DNA of 64,000 nucleotides from an uncultured delta proteobacterium. Lineage in GTDB: Bacteria; Myxococcota_A; Polyangia; Fen-1088. Position numbers and translations under genes: made by a program. Of the stretch, positions 54,996-63,721 are shown in pieces; position 1 is the first letter of the stretch; the number at the start of each line of letters is the position of its first letter. Under the pieces are notes generated by a model. That model had not been told where the DNA came from. It did no database searches and was given only the letters and a program-made list of their open reading frames with translations. The stretch covers positions 224,001 to 288,000 of the forward strand of contig CAVTRY010000018.1 of NCBI GenBank assembly GCA_963737265.1, read 5' to 3'.

Positions 54996-56018
54996 ATGAC
55001 CGCTGACAGATCTGTCCATCGAGGTGCACAGTTCGTCCGGCAGTGGCGTCTGCTGCGCACATTAGAGAGGGCGACGCGCGGAATGACCGTCGCCCAGCTT
55101 AAGGAAGCGATCGAAGAGAAGCAGTCCACGCGCACCCTGTATCGCGACCTCGAAGTCCTGCAGCAGGCAGGCTTTCCCCTGACCAACGAAGACGGGCGCT
55201 GGCGACTGCTCGAAACCAGCGAGAGCTCGTGGGCCATACCCGTGAATCCCACCGAAGTCGTGGCCCTGATGCTGACCGAAGATCTGCTGGCCCCCGTCGA
55301 GGGAAGCTGGCTGGCCGAGCCCCTGGCTAACCTGCGCGCCCGCCTTTCGGCCACCTTAACCCCGACCGGCCGCCGCTACTGCGCCGAGCTTCGCAAAGCC
55401 AACGTCGCCACGGTCTTCGGCAGCGGCCACTACGGCGAAAAGCGCGCCGAGCTGGAATCTATCCACGAAGCCATCGAAAAACAACAGCGCGTGCGCATCA
55501 CCTACGCCACCCCCGGCAAGCGCCCCGAAGAACGCACCATCGATCCCTACTGCACTTGGTTCGCCGCCGGCCGCGTGTACGTCGTCGCCTACTGCCACAA
55601 AGCCGAAGACACCCGCACCTTCGCCGTCCAGCGCATCAGTCACGCCCAAGTCCTCGACGAATCCTTCGATCCCGATCCCGCCTTCGATCCCGCCGCCTTC
55701 ACCCGCAAAGGCTTCGGCGTCTACCACGGCCCCGTCTACCGCGTGACCATCGACTTCGCCCCCCGCGTCGCCCACCTCATCCGCGAGCGCCGCTTCCACG
55801 TCAGCCAGCAAGTGACCGACGTTGGCCGTGGCGTGCGCCTCAAAATGGAAGCAGCCGGCCTACCCGAAATCGCCGCCTGGGTCGCGGGATTCGGCGGCGA
55901 CGCGCGCGTCGTGGCGCCCAACGAATTGGTCGAGGCGGTCAAGGGCATGCACCGGCGAGGGTTGGAAGTTGGCGTGACGGGGAAGGACGTGACCTCGGAT
56001 GACACGAGGGAGAGGTAG
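54996..56018 (+). CDS. WYL-domain transcriptional regulator (HTH-WYL-WCX)
   Basis: wHTH RTLYRDLEVL; WYL-like RTIDPY...YVVAYC...RTFAVQRI; C-terminal WVAGFG...VVAP. Confidence 0.93.
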   Translation: MTADRSVHRGAQFVRQWRLLRTLERATRGMTVAQLKEAIEEKQSTRTLYRDLEVLQQAGFPLTNEDGRWRLLETSESSWAIPVNPTEVVALMLTEDLLAPVEGSWLAEPLANLRARLSATLTPTGRRYCAELRKANVATVFGSGHYGEKRAELESIHEAIEKQQRVRITYATPGKRPEERTIDPYCTWFAAGRVYVVAYCHKAEDTRTFAVQRISHAQVLDESFDPDPAFDPAAFTRKGFGVYHGPVYRVTIDFAPRVAHLIRERRFHVSQQVTDVGRGVRLKMEAAGLPEIAAWVAGFGGDARVVAPNELVEAVKGMHRRGLEVGVTGKDVTSDDTRER

Positions 56019-56036
56019 CTTGAGGGAAGAGACCTG

Positions 56037-56340
56037 ATGAAGAAGCCCACGGTCCAAACGAACACCCGAACCAAGGCCACAACGAATCCACCTAGGGATG
56101 CCCGGATGGTCCGCGGACGCTCGCGCGAGGAGGCACTGTTCCCAGTGGCCCCGATGCGATCGGATCTTCCCAAGGACTACGCCGCGGCCCTGGCTGAAAT
56201 CAAAGACCGCGTTCGGCAAGAACGCCTGCGTGTCGTTCTGGCCGCGAATTCGGCCATGGTCTTACTTTATTGGGACATCGGACGGGTGATTCTCGATCGA
56301 CAGGCACGCGAGGGCTGGGGCGCGCGCGTCATCGATCGTC
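56037..56340 (+). pseudogene. DUF1016 (YhcG-like) N-terminal fragment
   Basis: YAAALAEIKDRVRQERLRVVLAANSAMVLLYWDIGRVILDRQAREGWGARVIDR, after which the similarity stops. Confidence 0.85.
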
Positions 56341-56628
56341 GGTTCGGACGCAGGGATGCGCAGACAGGCCGAGCTGAACCTTGTCGACTGGTCGAAGCCG
56401 TACATCGAATCGAACTACCCTGGCGAGGTCGATGAGCGCATCATGACCCGACTGGGTGAAGGCGACCGCCGAGTCGCATTTGACCCGGCCTTCATAGGCC
56501 CCTTCGGCCTGCCCGTATCCGAATTGAACCTCAAAGCTTTCTGGGCGCGAGGAGTCCCGAGCGAAGAAGACCAGGCATCATCCGTGACATCGCACGATAG
56601 CGAGACCCGTTTCCGCTTCGGGGGTTGA
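56341..56628 (+). pseudogene. cas3: C-terminal remnant of type I-E Cas3
   Basis: QAELNLVDWSKPY...IMTRLGEGDRRVAF...GPFG...FRFG resembles I-E Cas3 C-termini; HD and helicase motifs absent; expected position in the locus. Confidence 0.65.
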
Positions 56629-56848
56629 GCAAACCGACGACGAGGCCCGCATCGCGTGGGAGCAGACCGTCCAGGACATCGCCTCGGCGGAACTACAATG
56701 TGCCATCGAACGATCCTGTGTGCCGGCTGTCCGACGGTACAAAGCCATCAGCGATGCCGAACGGAAGTTTCGCGGCTGTCTCAGGCTTCATTTTCCAGAC
56801 CTAGTAACCGCTACTAGCAGCGGCGACGACAAGGAGGCAACACCATGA
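56624..56848 (+). pseudogene. cas8e: C-terminal remnant of Cas8e (CasA/Cse1)
   Basis: VEQTDDEARIAWEQTVQDIASAELQCAIERSCVPAVRRYKAISDAERKFRGCLRLHFPDL...*; no start codon; stop overlaps the cse2 start (ATGA). Confidence 0.65.
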
Positions 56849-57381
56849 CGACGGATAGCACCCAAGATGGGAACGGCGGAATCGATGGTCTCGTACATCG
56901 AATAGCAACCCTGCTAAAGCACGGGGGCAATGTGCTAACGACCGGGGACGTGGCGCTGCTACGCCGGATGGACCCTCGGCATCCGCCGTCGGCGTTCTTC
57001 AAACTGGAAGGCACAGTGCTGGATGCGGTGCTGCCCGGGGAAGTCCATGCGCGAGAGGAGCGCGAGACGCGCTGGGCGGCGGTGGTGGTCGGACTCGCCC
57101 ATCTCGGAGATCTGCACCGACCGGAGCGACGTCTCGGCGAAGCGCTTGCCGACGCCCACTTTTCCGAGCGGCGCTTCGCGCAGCTGCTCCGAGCAGACGC
57201 AGAACAACTCATCGACGAGATACCAATGGTCGCGCGCTACCTAGCTGCCAAGGGTGTGCCAGCTAATTTTTCCGCGGCCGCTTGGCTGATCCTGTCAGCC
57301 GGTCAGACCAACGAAGAGAGGGAGAGACGCAACATCGCCCGAGACTATTACGGTGCGATTGCACGCCAGACAAACGACTGA
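56845..57381 (+). CDS. cse2: Cas11e (CasB/Cse2)
   Basis: GDVALLRRM, LGEALA, FSERRFAQLLRA and RNIARDYY; AGGAGG RBS. Confidence 0.88.
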   Translation: MTTDSTQDGNGGIDGLVHRIATLLKHGGNVLTTGDVALLRRMDPRHPPSAFFKLEGTVLDAVLPGEVHAREERETRWAAVVVGLAHLGDLHRPERRLGEALADAHFSERRFAQLLRADAEQLIDEIPMVARYLAAKGVPANFSAAAWLILSAGQTNEERERRNIARDYYGAIARQTND

Positions 57382-57407
57382 CTCAACACGAACGGAGGAG
57401 GCAACCG

Positions 57408-58700
57408 ATGTCCGCACAATTTCTACAAATCCACACGCTCACCAGTTATCCCGCGTCACTTCTGAACCGCGATGATGCGGGCTTTGCGAAGCGCATGCCG
57501 TTCGGCGGCGCAGTCCGCACCCGGATCTCTTCACAGTGTTTGAAAAGCCACTGGCGGGCCTTTGATGGCGAGAACAGTCTAGACGCCATTCAAGCGCCGG
57601 AATCCGTCCGATCGCGGGTGTCGTTTGAAGTGCATATCGTCAAGCCGCTCGTCAAGGACGGCGTTCCCGAGAACATCGCGCTCGCGGCAGCTGAAAAGCT
57701 CATAGGCAAGGTCTTTGGTGGCGAGGCAAAGAAGGAAAAAGCGGACAAGAACAAGGGCAGGAAGAAGACTCAGAGTGCGCCCGCAACGGTCCAGGTTGGC
57801 AGCGGTGACACAGCGGTGCCAGCGGCGGCCACCCCGGACGACTCCTCCACACCAGCAGAGCCTCTCACCAGCGATGCGGCCAAGACCGCCCAGGTCACGG
57901 TCCTTGGACAGCCAGAACTCGACTACTTGCTCCAAATCGCTCGCGAGGCGATCAAGACCACAGGAAACGACGTCGCAAGAATGGAGAAGGCGATCGACGA
58001 TCGACTCGGCGACAAGGACATGAAGAAGAACATCAAGGCCCTCAAGCCAGGCTCCCTGTCGGCAGGCCTTGGGGCAGCCCTTTTTGGGCGAATGGTGACA
58101 GGCGATATCCTTACGCGCACAGACGCTGCGATCCATGTTGCCCACGCATTGACCGTTCACTCGCAGATGACGGAGAGCGACTACTTCTCGGCTATCGATG
58201 ACCTCATTCGGGAAGATGGAGAACAGGAATCCGGCCACATCAACGCCAGCGAGTTGACTAGCGGACTCTTCTACGGATACGTGGTTGTGGACATAAACGG
58301 ACTCGTCCAGAATCTCGGAGGAGATCACAAGCTTGCTGCCGATGTTGTCGAGAAGCTGATACACATCGTCGCCAAGGTCAGCCCGGGCGCAAAGTTGGGC
58401 TCGACTGCGCCCTACGCCTATAGCCATTTTGTCCTGGGCGAGAGTGGAAATGCCCAGCCACGCACTCTTCAGAATGCCTTCCTCGATCCGGTTCGCACGC
58501 AAGGAAATGTCGTCCAGAATGCCGAACAGGCGATGGCCAAGCACTTGCGCGAATTGGACGAAATGTATGGGAAGAGCGAGGTGCGCGCGCACGCGGGCCT
58601 GGGAGAAACGGACAAGCTCTTCGAGGGCAAGACCAACCTGGTGAAACTGGCTGAGTGGGCCAAGCAACAAATCACAGGCAAGAACCAGCCGGGGATCTGA
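57408..58700 (+). CDS. cas7: Cas7e (CasC/Cse4)
   Basis: FLQIHTLTSYPASLLNRDDAG, RISSQCLK, ALFGRM, HVAHA and ESDYFSAIDDL. Confidence 0.97.
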   Translation: MSAQFLQIHTLTSYPASLLNRDDAGFAKRMPFGGAVRTRISSQCLKSHWRAFDGENSLDAIQAPESVRSRVSFEVHIVKPLVKDGVPENIALAAAEKLIGKVFGGEAKKEKADKNKGRKKTQSAPATVQVGSGDTAVPAAATPDDSSTPAEPLTSDAAKTAQVTVLGQPELDYLLQIAREAIKTTGNDVARMEKAIDDRLGDKDMKKNIKALKPGSLSAGLGAALFGRMVTGDILTRTDAAIHVAHALTVHSQMTESDYFSAIDDLIREDGEQESGHINASELTSGLFYGYVVVDINGLVQNLGGDHKLAADVVEKLIHIVAKVSPGAKLGSTAPYAYSHFVLGESGNAQPRTLQNAFLDPVRTQGNVVQNAEQAMAKHLRELDEMYGKSEVRAHAGLGETDKLFEGKTNLVKLAEWAKQQITGKNQPGI

Positions 58701-59431
58701 TGCAAGTACTCGTACTTCGCCTCGACGCACCCCTCGTCAGTTTCGGCGCCCCGATGGTCGACCAGAACGGTGTGGTCCAAGCCTTTCCACCGCTCTCGCT
58801 TTTGACAGGCATGATAGGCAACGCCCTCGGATGGGGCCATCGAGATGTCGACAAGCTGACCGCCATGCAGAGCCGTCTTCGGTTCGCTTCGCGTATCGAC
58901 AGGCGCGGCGAGGCGCTGATCGACTATCAGATCGTCGATCTTGGTCATGAATGGATGAAACCCGAAAATGCTGGTTGGACAACCCGAGGAACGATCGCCA
59001 GCCGCACTAGTGGCAGCAAGGAGAAATCGCATATCCGATATCGCCACTACCGTGCCGACAGCCTGCACACCGTGACGCTAACCCTTGTTGGCGAAGAAAG
59101 CCCAACTGTCGACGAGGTCGCGCGAGCCCTCACCGAACCCGCACGGCCGCTGTTCATCGGAAGGAAATGTTGCATTCCCGCATCTCGCCTCCTGCTGGAC
59201 ACTATCGATGCGCCCTCCCTGGTGGCAGCACTGGCTGGCGTTCCGCGATCGGCTCGTGCCGATAGCGGCCCGTTGTCGGCTTGCTGGTGGGAAGGGGATG
59301 ACCCAACCGGTACGGTGGGAGACTCGCGAGTTGTCCCGGTGACGGACGAGCGAGACTGGAAGAATCAGATTCACACCGGGCGACGCCTCATGCGCGAGGG
59401 GCGCGTCGATCCGCCGGAGGCCCAACCGTGA
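58700..59431 (+). CDS. cas5: Cas5e (CasD)
   Basis: LRLDAPLVSFG, GMIGNALG, RHYRAD and PARPLFIGRK. Confidence 0.96.
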   Translation: MQVLVLRLDAPLVSFGAPMVDQNGVVQAFPPLSLLTGMIGNALGWGHRDVDKLTAMQSRLRFASRIDRRGEALIDYQIVDLGHEWMKPENAGWTTRGTIASRTSGSKEKSHIRYRHYRADSLHTVTLTLVGEESPTVDEVARALTEPARPLFIGRKCCIPASRLLLDTIDAPSLVAALAGVPRSARADSGPLSACWWEGDDPTGTVGDSRVVPVTDERDWKNQIHTGRRLMREGRVDPPEAQP

Positions 59432-60180
59432 CTGAAGAAGAGGTCCATCTCGTAAAGGTTCCCCTGCGCGCCGATCGCGTCGCGGCCATCGCCCGAAGAC
59501 GTCAGGTGCCAGTTCGGGATCTCGATGCCGACTACCTGGCTCACTGCCTGCTTCGTGAGTTGTGGCAAGAAGCGGCCCCGGCGCCGTTCGTCCTGAAGGG
59601 AAATGGCCGTGTTATCGACGTTCTTGGCTACTCCCGGGCAGGGCGCGAGGCCCTCATCGACCGGGCGAGGACATTCGGCGATCCGGCAGTCCTCGACGCC
59701 ATCGACGATCTCGATGCAGTTGCTGCGAAGGAAATGCCGCGCCTAGAGCCTGGACGCCGGGTCGGATTCCGGGTGCGTGCGTGTCCAGTGGTACGTTTGG
59801 CGAAAGGGCGTTGTGACCATCGGGCGGGTGCCGAGATTGACGCCTTTCTCGCTCGATGCTTCAAGCTCGGGCCGAGTCAGAAGGTTGATCGACAGGAGGT
59901 CTACCGGGCGTGGCTGGCCAAGCGCTTCGAGAACCAGGAAGTGACCGGGGTCGAATTGGTGAACAGCCGGATAATCGGGATTGCCAGAGAACGGTTCATC
60001 CGTCGCACACACGGAGAGCAACGTGAGGCTCGCCGGATTGAGCGTCCAGATGTAACCTTTGGAGGTGATTTCATCGTCACCAATGGCGAAACGCTTCTGC
60101 GATTCCTCGCCCACGGCCTTGGCAGACACCGTGCCTTCGGGTTCGGTGCCATCATGCTCGTGCCGCCGGGCGAACAATAG
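59428..60180 (+). CDS. cas6: Cas6e (CasE/Cse3)
   Basis: DADYLAH, FRVRACP and the Gly-rich loop GLGRHRAFGFG. Confidence 0.95.
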   Translation: MTEEEVHLVKVPLRADRVAAIARRRQVPVRDLDADYLAHCLLRELWQEAAPAPFVLKGNGRVIDVLGYSRAGREALIDRARTFGDPAVLDAIDDLDAVAAKEMPRLEPGRRVGFRVRACPVVRLAKGRCDHRAGAEIDAFLARCFKLGPSQKVDRQEVYRAWLAKRFENQEVTGVELVNSRIIGIARERFIRRTHGEQREARRIERPDVTFGGDFIVTNGETLLRFLAHGLGRHRAFGFGAIMLVPPGEQ

Positions 60181-60201
60181 GCGAAGCATCGACGGGGGAT
60201 T

Positions 60202-61158
60202 GTGCTCAAAGGCCGCCTCGGTTTAGAGACCGCGCGCATTCCCCATGCCGATCGCCACGGGTGCATCTGGCTTGGACGGGGCGTTCTTTCAGTCGAAGAC
60301 GGAACCCTGCGGTTTGTAACGGCAGGGGGAGCGGGTCTTGCGGCAGGTTCTTACGGAATTCCATTTCAAACAGTCAGCGCCATCTTCCTTGAGCCCGGCA
60401 CCACAATCAGTCACGACGCCCTCAGACTGCTAGCCAGAAACGGAACGGGCCTGGTTTTCACGGGTGAAGACGGCGTTCGTTTCTATGCATCGCTGCCCTT
60501 CGGCCGCGATGAAAGCGCCCTGGCTCGCGCGCAGGTCCGGCTGTGGACCGACGAGGAGAAGCGCCGAACTGTAGCCCGGAAAATGTACGCAAGGCGGCTG
60601 GGCGAGATCCTCCCATCGGCCGACCTGAATGTTCTACGAGGCATCGAGGGGGCACGGGTACGAGTGCTGTACCGGACGCTTGCGCGCCAGTTCGACGTTC
60701 AATGGGCAGGTCGGAACTACGACCGCGACGATCCGGACGCTACCGATCTGGTCAACCAAGCCGTCAACCACGCCTCGGCTGCCATACGCGCTGCTGCGAT
60801 GATCGCCGTAGCGGCAACGTCCACGATTCCCCAGCTCGGCTTCATCCATGAAGACTCCGCCAATGCCTTCTCCCTCGATATCGCTGATCTATTCCGCGAG
60901 TCCGTCTGCCTGCCCGCCGCCTTTCGGGCCGTGAAGCAATTCGAGAGCGACCCGGCCCAGCCTCTTGAGCGCCACGCGCGCCGATGGGCTGGACGCAGCC
61001 TGCGCGATGACAAGGTGATCCCGTCGATGATAGACGCGATCAAGGCAGTGCTGGTTGATGATGGATGCCCCTCGTCAACAACCGCAAAGCCGGGGGTCTC
61101 GACGCCAACAGAGCCAGAAGGATCGAACAAAGACTCTGAGCCGAGTCCAGCGCCATGA
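60202..61158 (+). CDS. cas1: Type I-E Cas1
   Basis: LEPGTTISHDA, GEDGVRFY, LRGIEGARV, LGFIHE and DIADLF. Confidence 0.97.
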   Translation: MLKGRLGLETARIPHADRHGCIWLGRGVLSVEDGTLRFVTAGGAGLAAGSYGIPFQTVSAIFLEPGTTISHDALRLLARNGTGLVFTGEDGVRFYASLPFGRDESALARAQVRLWTDEEKRRTVARKMYARRLGEILPSADLNVLRGIEGARVRVLYRTLARQFDVQWAGRNYDRDDPDATDLVNQAVNHASAAIRAAAMIAVAATSTIPQLGFIHEDSANAFSLDIADLFRESVCLPAAFRAVKQFESDPAQPLERHARRWAGRSLRDDKVIPSMIDAIKAVLVDDGCPSSTTAKPGVSTPTEPEGSNKDSEPSPAP

Positions 61159-61466
61159 CGATCGTCGTGACCCGGAACGCGCCCGACAGGTACCGGGGCT
61201 TCTTGGCGAGTTGCATGCTCGAGCTTGCCCCTGGCGTCTACGCGAGTCCGGAGATGTCCCGTGCAGTTCGCGACCGAATCTGGACCGTTTGTTGCGAGTG
61301 GGCTGGGTTACTGCCCAAGGACGGAGGCGTACTTATGACCTTTCGTGACAGGGAGAGCCCCAGTGGCCTCGCCGTCCTAACTCTCGGCTGGCCGAAAAAG
61401 GAACTCGTCGAGTTGGACGGCATCTGGATTGACCGCTCCCCTCCGGGATCTCTGAAAATCGAATAG
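61155..61466 (+). CDS. cas2: Type I-E Cas2 (no DnaQ fusion)
   Basis: RYRGFLASCMLELAPGVY, VRDRIW and ELDGIW. Confidence 0.96.
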   Translation: MTIVVTRNAPDRYRGFLASCMLELAPGVYASPEMSRAVRDRIWTVCCEWAGLLPKDGGVLMTFRDRESPSGLAVLTLGWPKKELVELDGIWIDRSPPGSLKIE

Positions 61467-61555
61467 TTCATCGAGACGCATACGTCATCCACGGTCCAGC
61501 GCCGTCCGATCTGTCGCCAGAGTGTTCAGACTGGGCTATCCTGAACACTCTTACA
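61467..61555 (+). promoter_or_regulatory. CRISPR leader containing an 11-bp perfect inverted repeat
   Basis: AGAGTGTTCAG (61519-61529), 11 nt, CTGAACACTCT (61541-61551); first repeat starts at 61556. Confidence 0.75.
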
Positions 61556-63719
61556 GGTTCCCCCGCGTCCGCGGGGATGGTCCCTTAACCTGGCAATCGT
61601 GAACCTTCGTCGCGATGGTTCCCCCGCGTCCGCGGGGATGGTCCCGCGAGGAGGATTCGATTGCTTGATCACCGTGAGGTTCCCCCGCGTCCGCGGGGAT
61701 GGTCCCATCTTTCTCGGCGTTACGGTTCGAGTCCGTTCGGTTCCCCCGCGTCCGCGGGGATGGTCCCTATATACGCCAGACGCGTTAGATGAAGGTCGTG
61801 GTTCCCCCGCGTCCGCGGGGATGGTCCCATGTAGCGCAAGCAGCGACGTGGCAGGGGATTGGTTCCCCCGCGTCCGCGGGGATGGTCCCTTTGCGGGGCC
61901 TGGGCAGGCGCACTGGGCGTCGGTTCCCCCGCGTCCGCGGGGATGGTCCAGCCAAGCAGCTCGTCGACGAGATGCTGCGCGAGGTTCCCCCGCGTCCGCG
62001 GGGATGGTCCCTATCCAGCGCTGGCGGCCGCGGTTCCGATCCAGGTTCCCCCGCGTCCGCGGGGATGGTCCCTTAAGGCTCGCCTGCCAGAGCGCGATTC
62101 CCCCGGTTCCCCCGCGTCCGCGGGGATGGTCCCATCGAGCTAAATCCGCGCGAGCTGGCCGACCTGGTTCCCCCGCGTCCGCGGGGATGGTCCCTCGGCG
62201 TACTGCGCCTTGTTCATCTTGCTGACGGTTCCCCCGCGTCCGCGGGGATGGTCCTTGTAGGTGGTTTAAGAGAGATGTTTTGGCTAAGGTTCCCCCGCGT
62301 CCGCGGGGATGGTCCCTGCACCGCCGCGGCTTCTTCCCCCTTTGCCACGGTTCCCCCGCGTCCGCGGGGATGGTCCTATTGACCAAGATCCTTGCCGCGC
62401 ATCGTAGCGGGTTCCCCCGCGTCCGCGGGGATGGTCCCTTCCCGCGAGTCGGCGGCCTGGCTATTGTGGCGGTTCCCCCGCGTCCGCGGGGATGGTCCCC
62501 CCAATTGCACGTAGCCCCAGGGGCGCAGCTTGGTTCCCCCGCGTCCGCGGGGATGGTCCCCATCGTAGCGGACCCGAAGATACTGCACCGAAGGTTCCCC
62601 CGCGTCCGCGGGGATGGTCCCCCCCAAGCTGCCCGCATCCTGGCAGCCAGCGAGGTTCCCCCGCGTCCGCGGGGATGGTCCCACACGAAAGTCAGGTCGC
62701 GGGCGATATCGTGCGGTTCCCCCGCGTCCGCGGGGATGGTCCCGTCATCGGATTGCCCAAGCCCAGCGCATGGCCGGTTCCCCCGCGTCCGCGGGGATGG
62801 TCCCTCTTCCCTGTGTGTTGCCATGACTAGACCTCCGGTTCCCCCGCGTCCGCGGGGATGGTCCCTCGCTATCGACCATGTGGTCATAAAGAAAATCGGT
62901 TCCCCCGCGTCCGCGGGGATGGTCCCTCACCGCGTGCCCCTTTTTGCGACACCACCTTGGTTCCCCCGCGTCCGCGGGGATGGTCCCCCAAGTCCTCGAA
63001 GGTCCACAAAGACTACGTTGGTTCCCCCGCGTCCGCGGGGATGGTCCCGCTGATGTTCGCCGAGGACAGAGCGGGCAGGCGGTTCCCCCGCGTCCGCGGG
63101 GATGGTCCACAGCCCGCCGCCATCGCACGCCCCTTTGCTTTGGTTCCCCCGCGTCCGCGGGGATGGTCCCACGAATTCGGCGAGCGCGCTATGGCACGAC
63201 ACGGTTCCCCCGCGTCCGCGGGGATGGTCCCCGGATATGCATGTTCTTTTCCATGAGTATGGCGGTTCCCCCGCGTCCGCGGGGATGGTCCCTCGATAGC
63301 CATCGGCGCCGGGATGGATGTCGTGGTTCCCCCGCGTCCGCGGGGATGGTCCTTCGAGGCGTTTGTCAAAAGAGGACTCGCCAAGGGTTCCCCCGCGTCC
63401 GCGGGGATGGTCCCAAAAAGGCGGCATCGTTACGGTAGCTAGCCCGGGTTCCCCCGCGTCCGCGGGGATGGTCCCAAGCACATTGCCATCGAGAGTGGCC
63501 AGAAAATGGTTCCCCCGCGTCCGCGGGGATGGTCCTGAGTGCCGCATAAGCACATTTGTTCAGTGGTTGGTTCCCCCGCGTCCGCGGGGATGGTCCCTCG
63601 ATGAAGGAACAGCGCGTAGCGGGACAAGTGGTTCCCCCGCGTCCGCGGGGATGGTCCCGGTCGCTCGCGATACTAGGTCGTGAGGGTCTTGGTTCCCCCG
63701 CGTCCGCGGGGATGGTCCC
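61556..63719 (+). CRISPR. Type I-E CRISPR array: 36 repeats GGTTCCCCCGCGTCCGCGGGGATGGTCC(C), 35 complete spacers, 61-bp period
   Basis: Repeats start at 61556+61n up to 63691; hairpin CCCCGCG-TC-CGCGGGG; follows cas2. Confidence 0.99.
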
Positions 63720-63721
63720 CC

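Noticed and set aside
56845-60180. Cas3-independent HNH-Cascade or a CRISPR-associated transposon
   Set aside because: Cas5 has normal length, no HNH motif was seen, no tns/tniQ genes are present, and Cas3/Cas8e remnants indicate loss by deletion.
61584-63690. Self-targeting spacers within this window
   Set aside because: No match was noticed by eye, but this was not exhaustive and needs an alignment against the whole genome.
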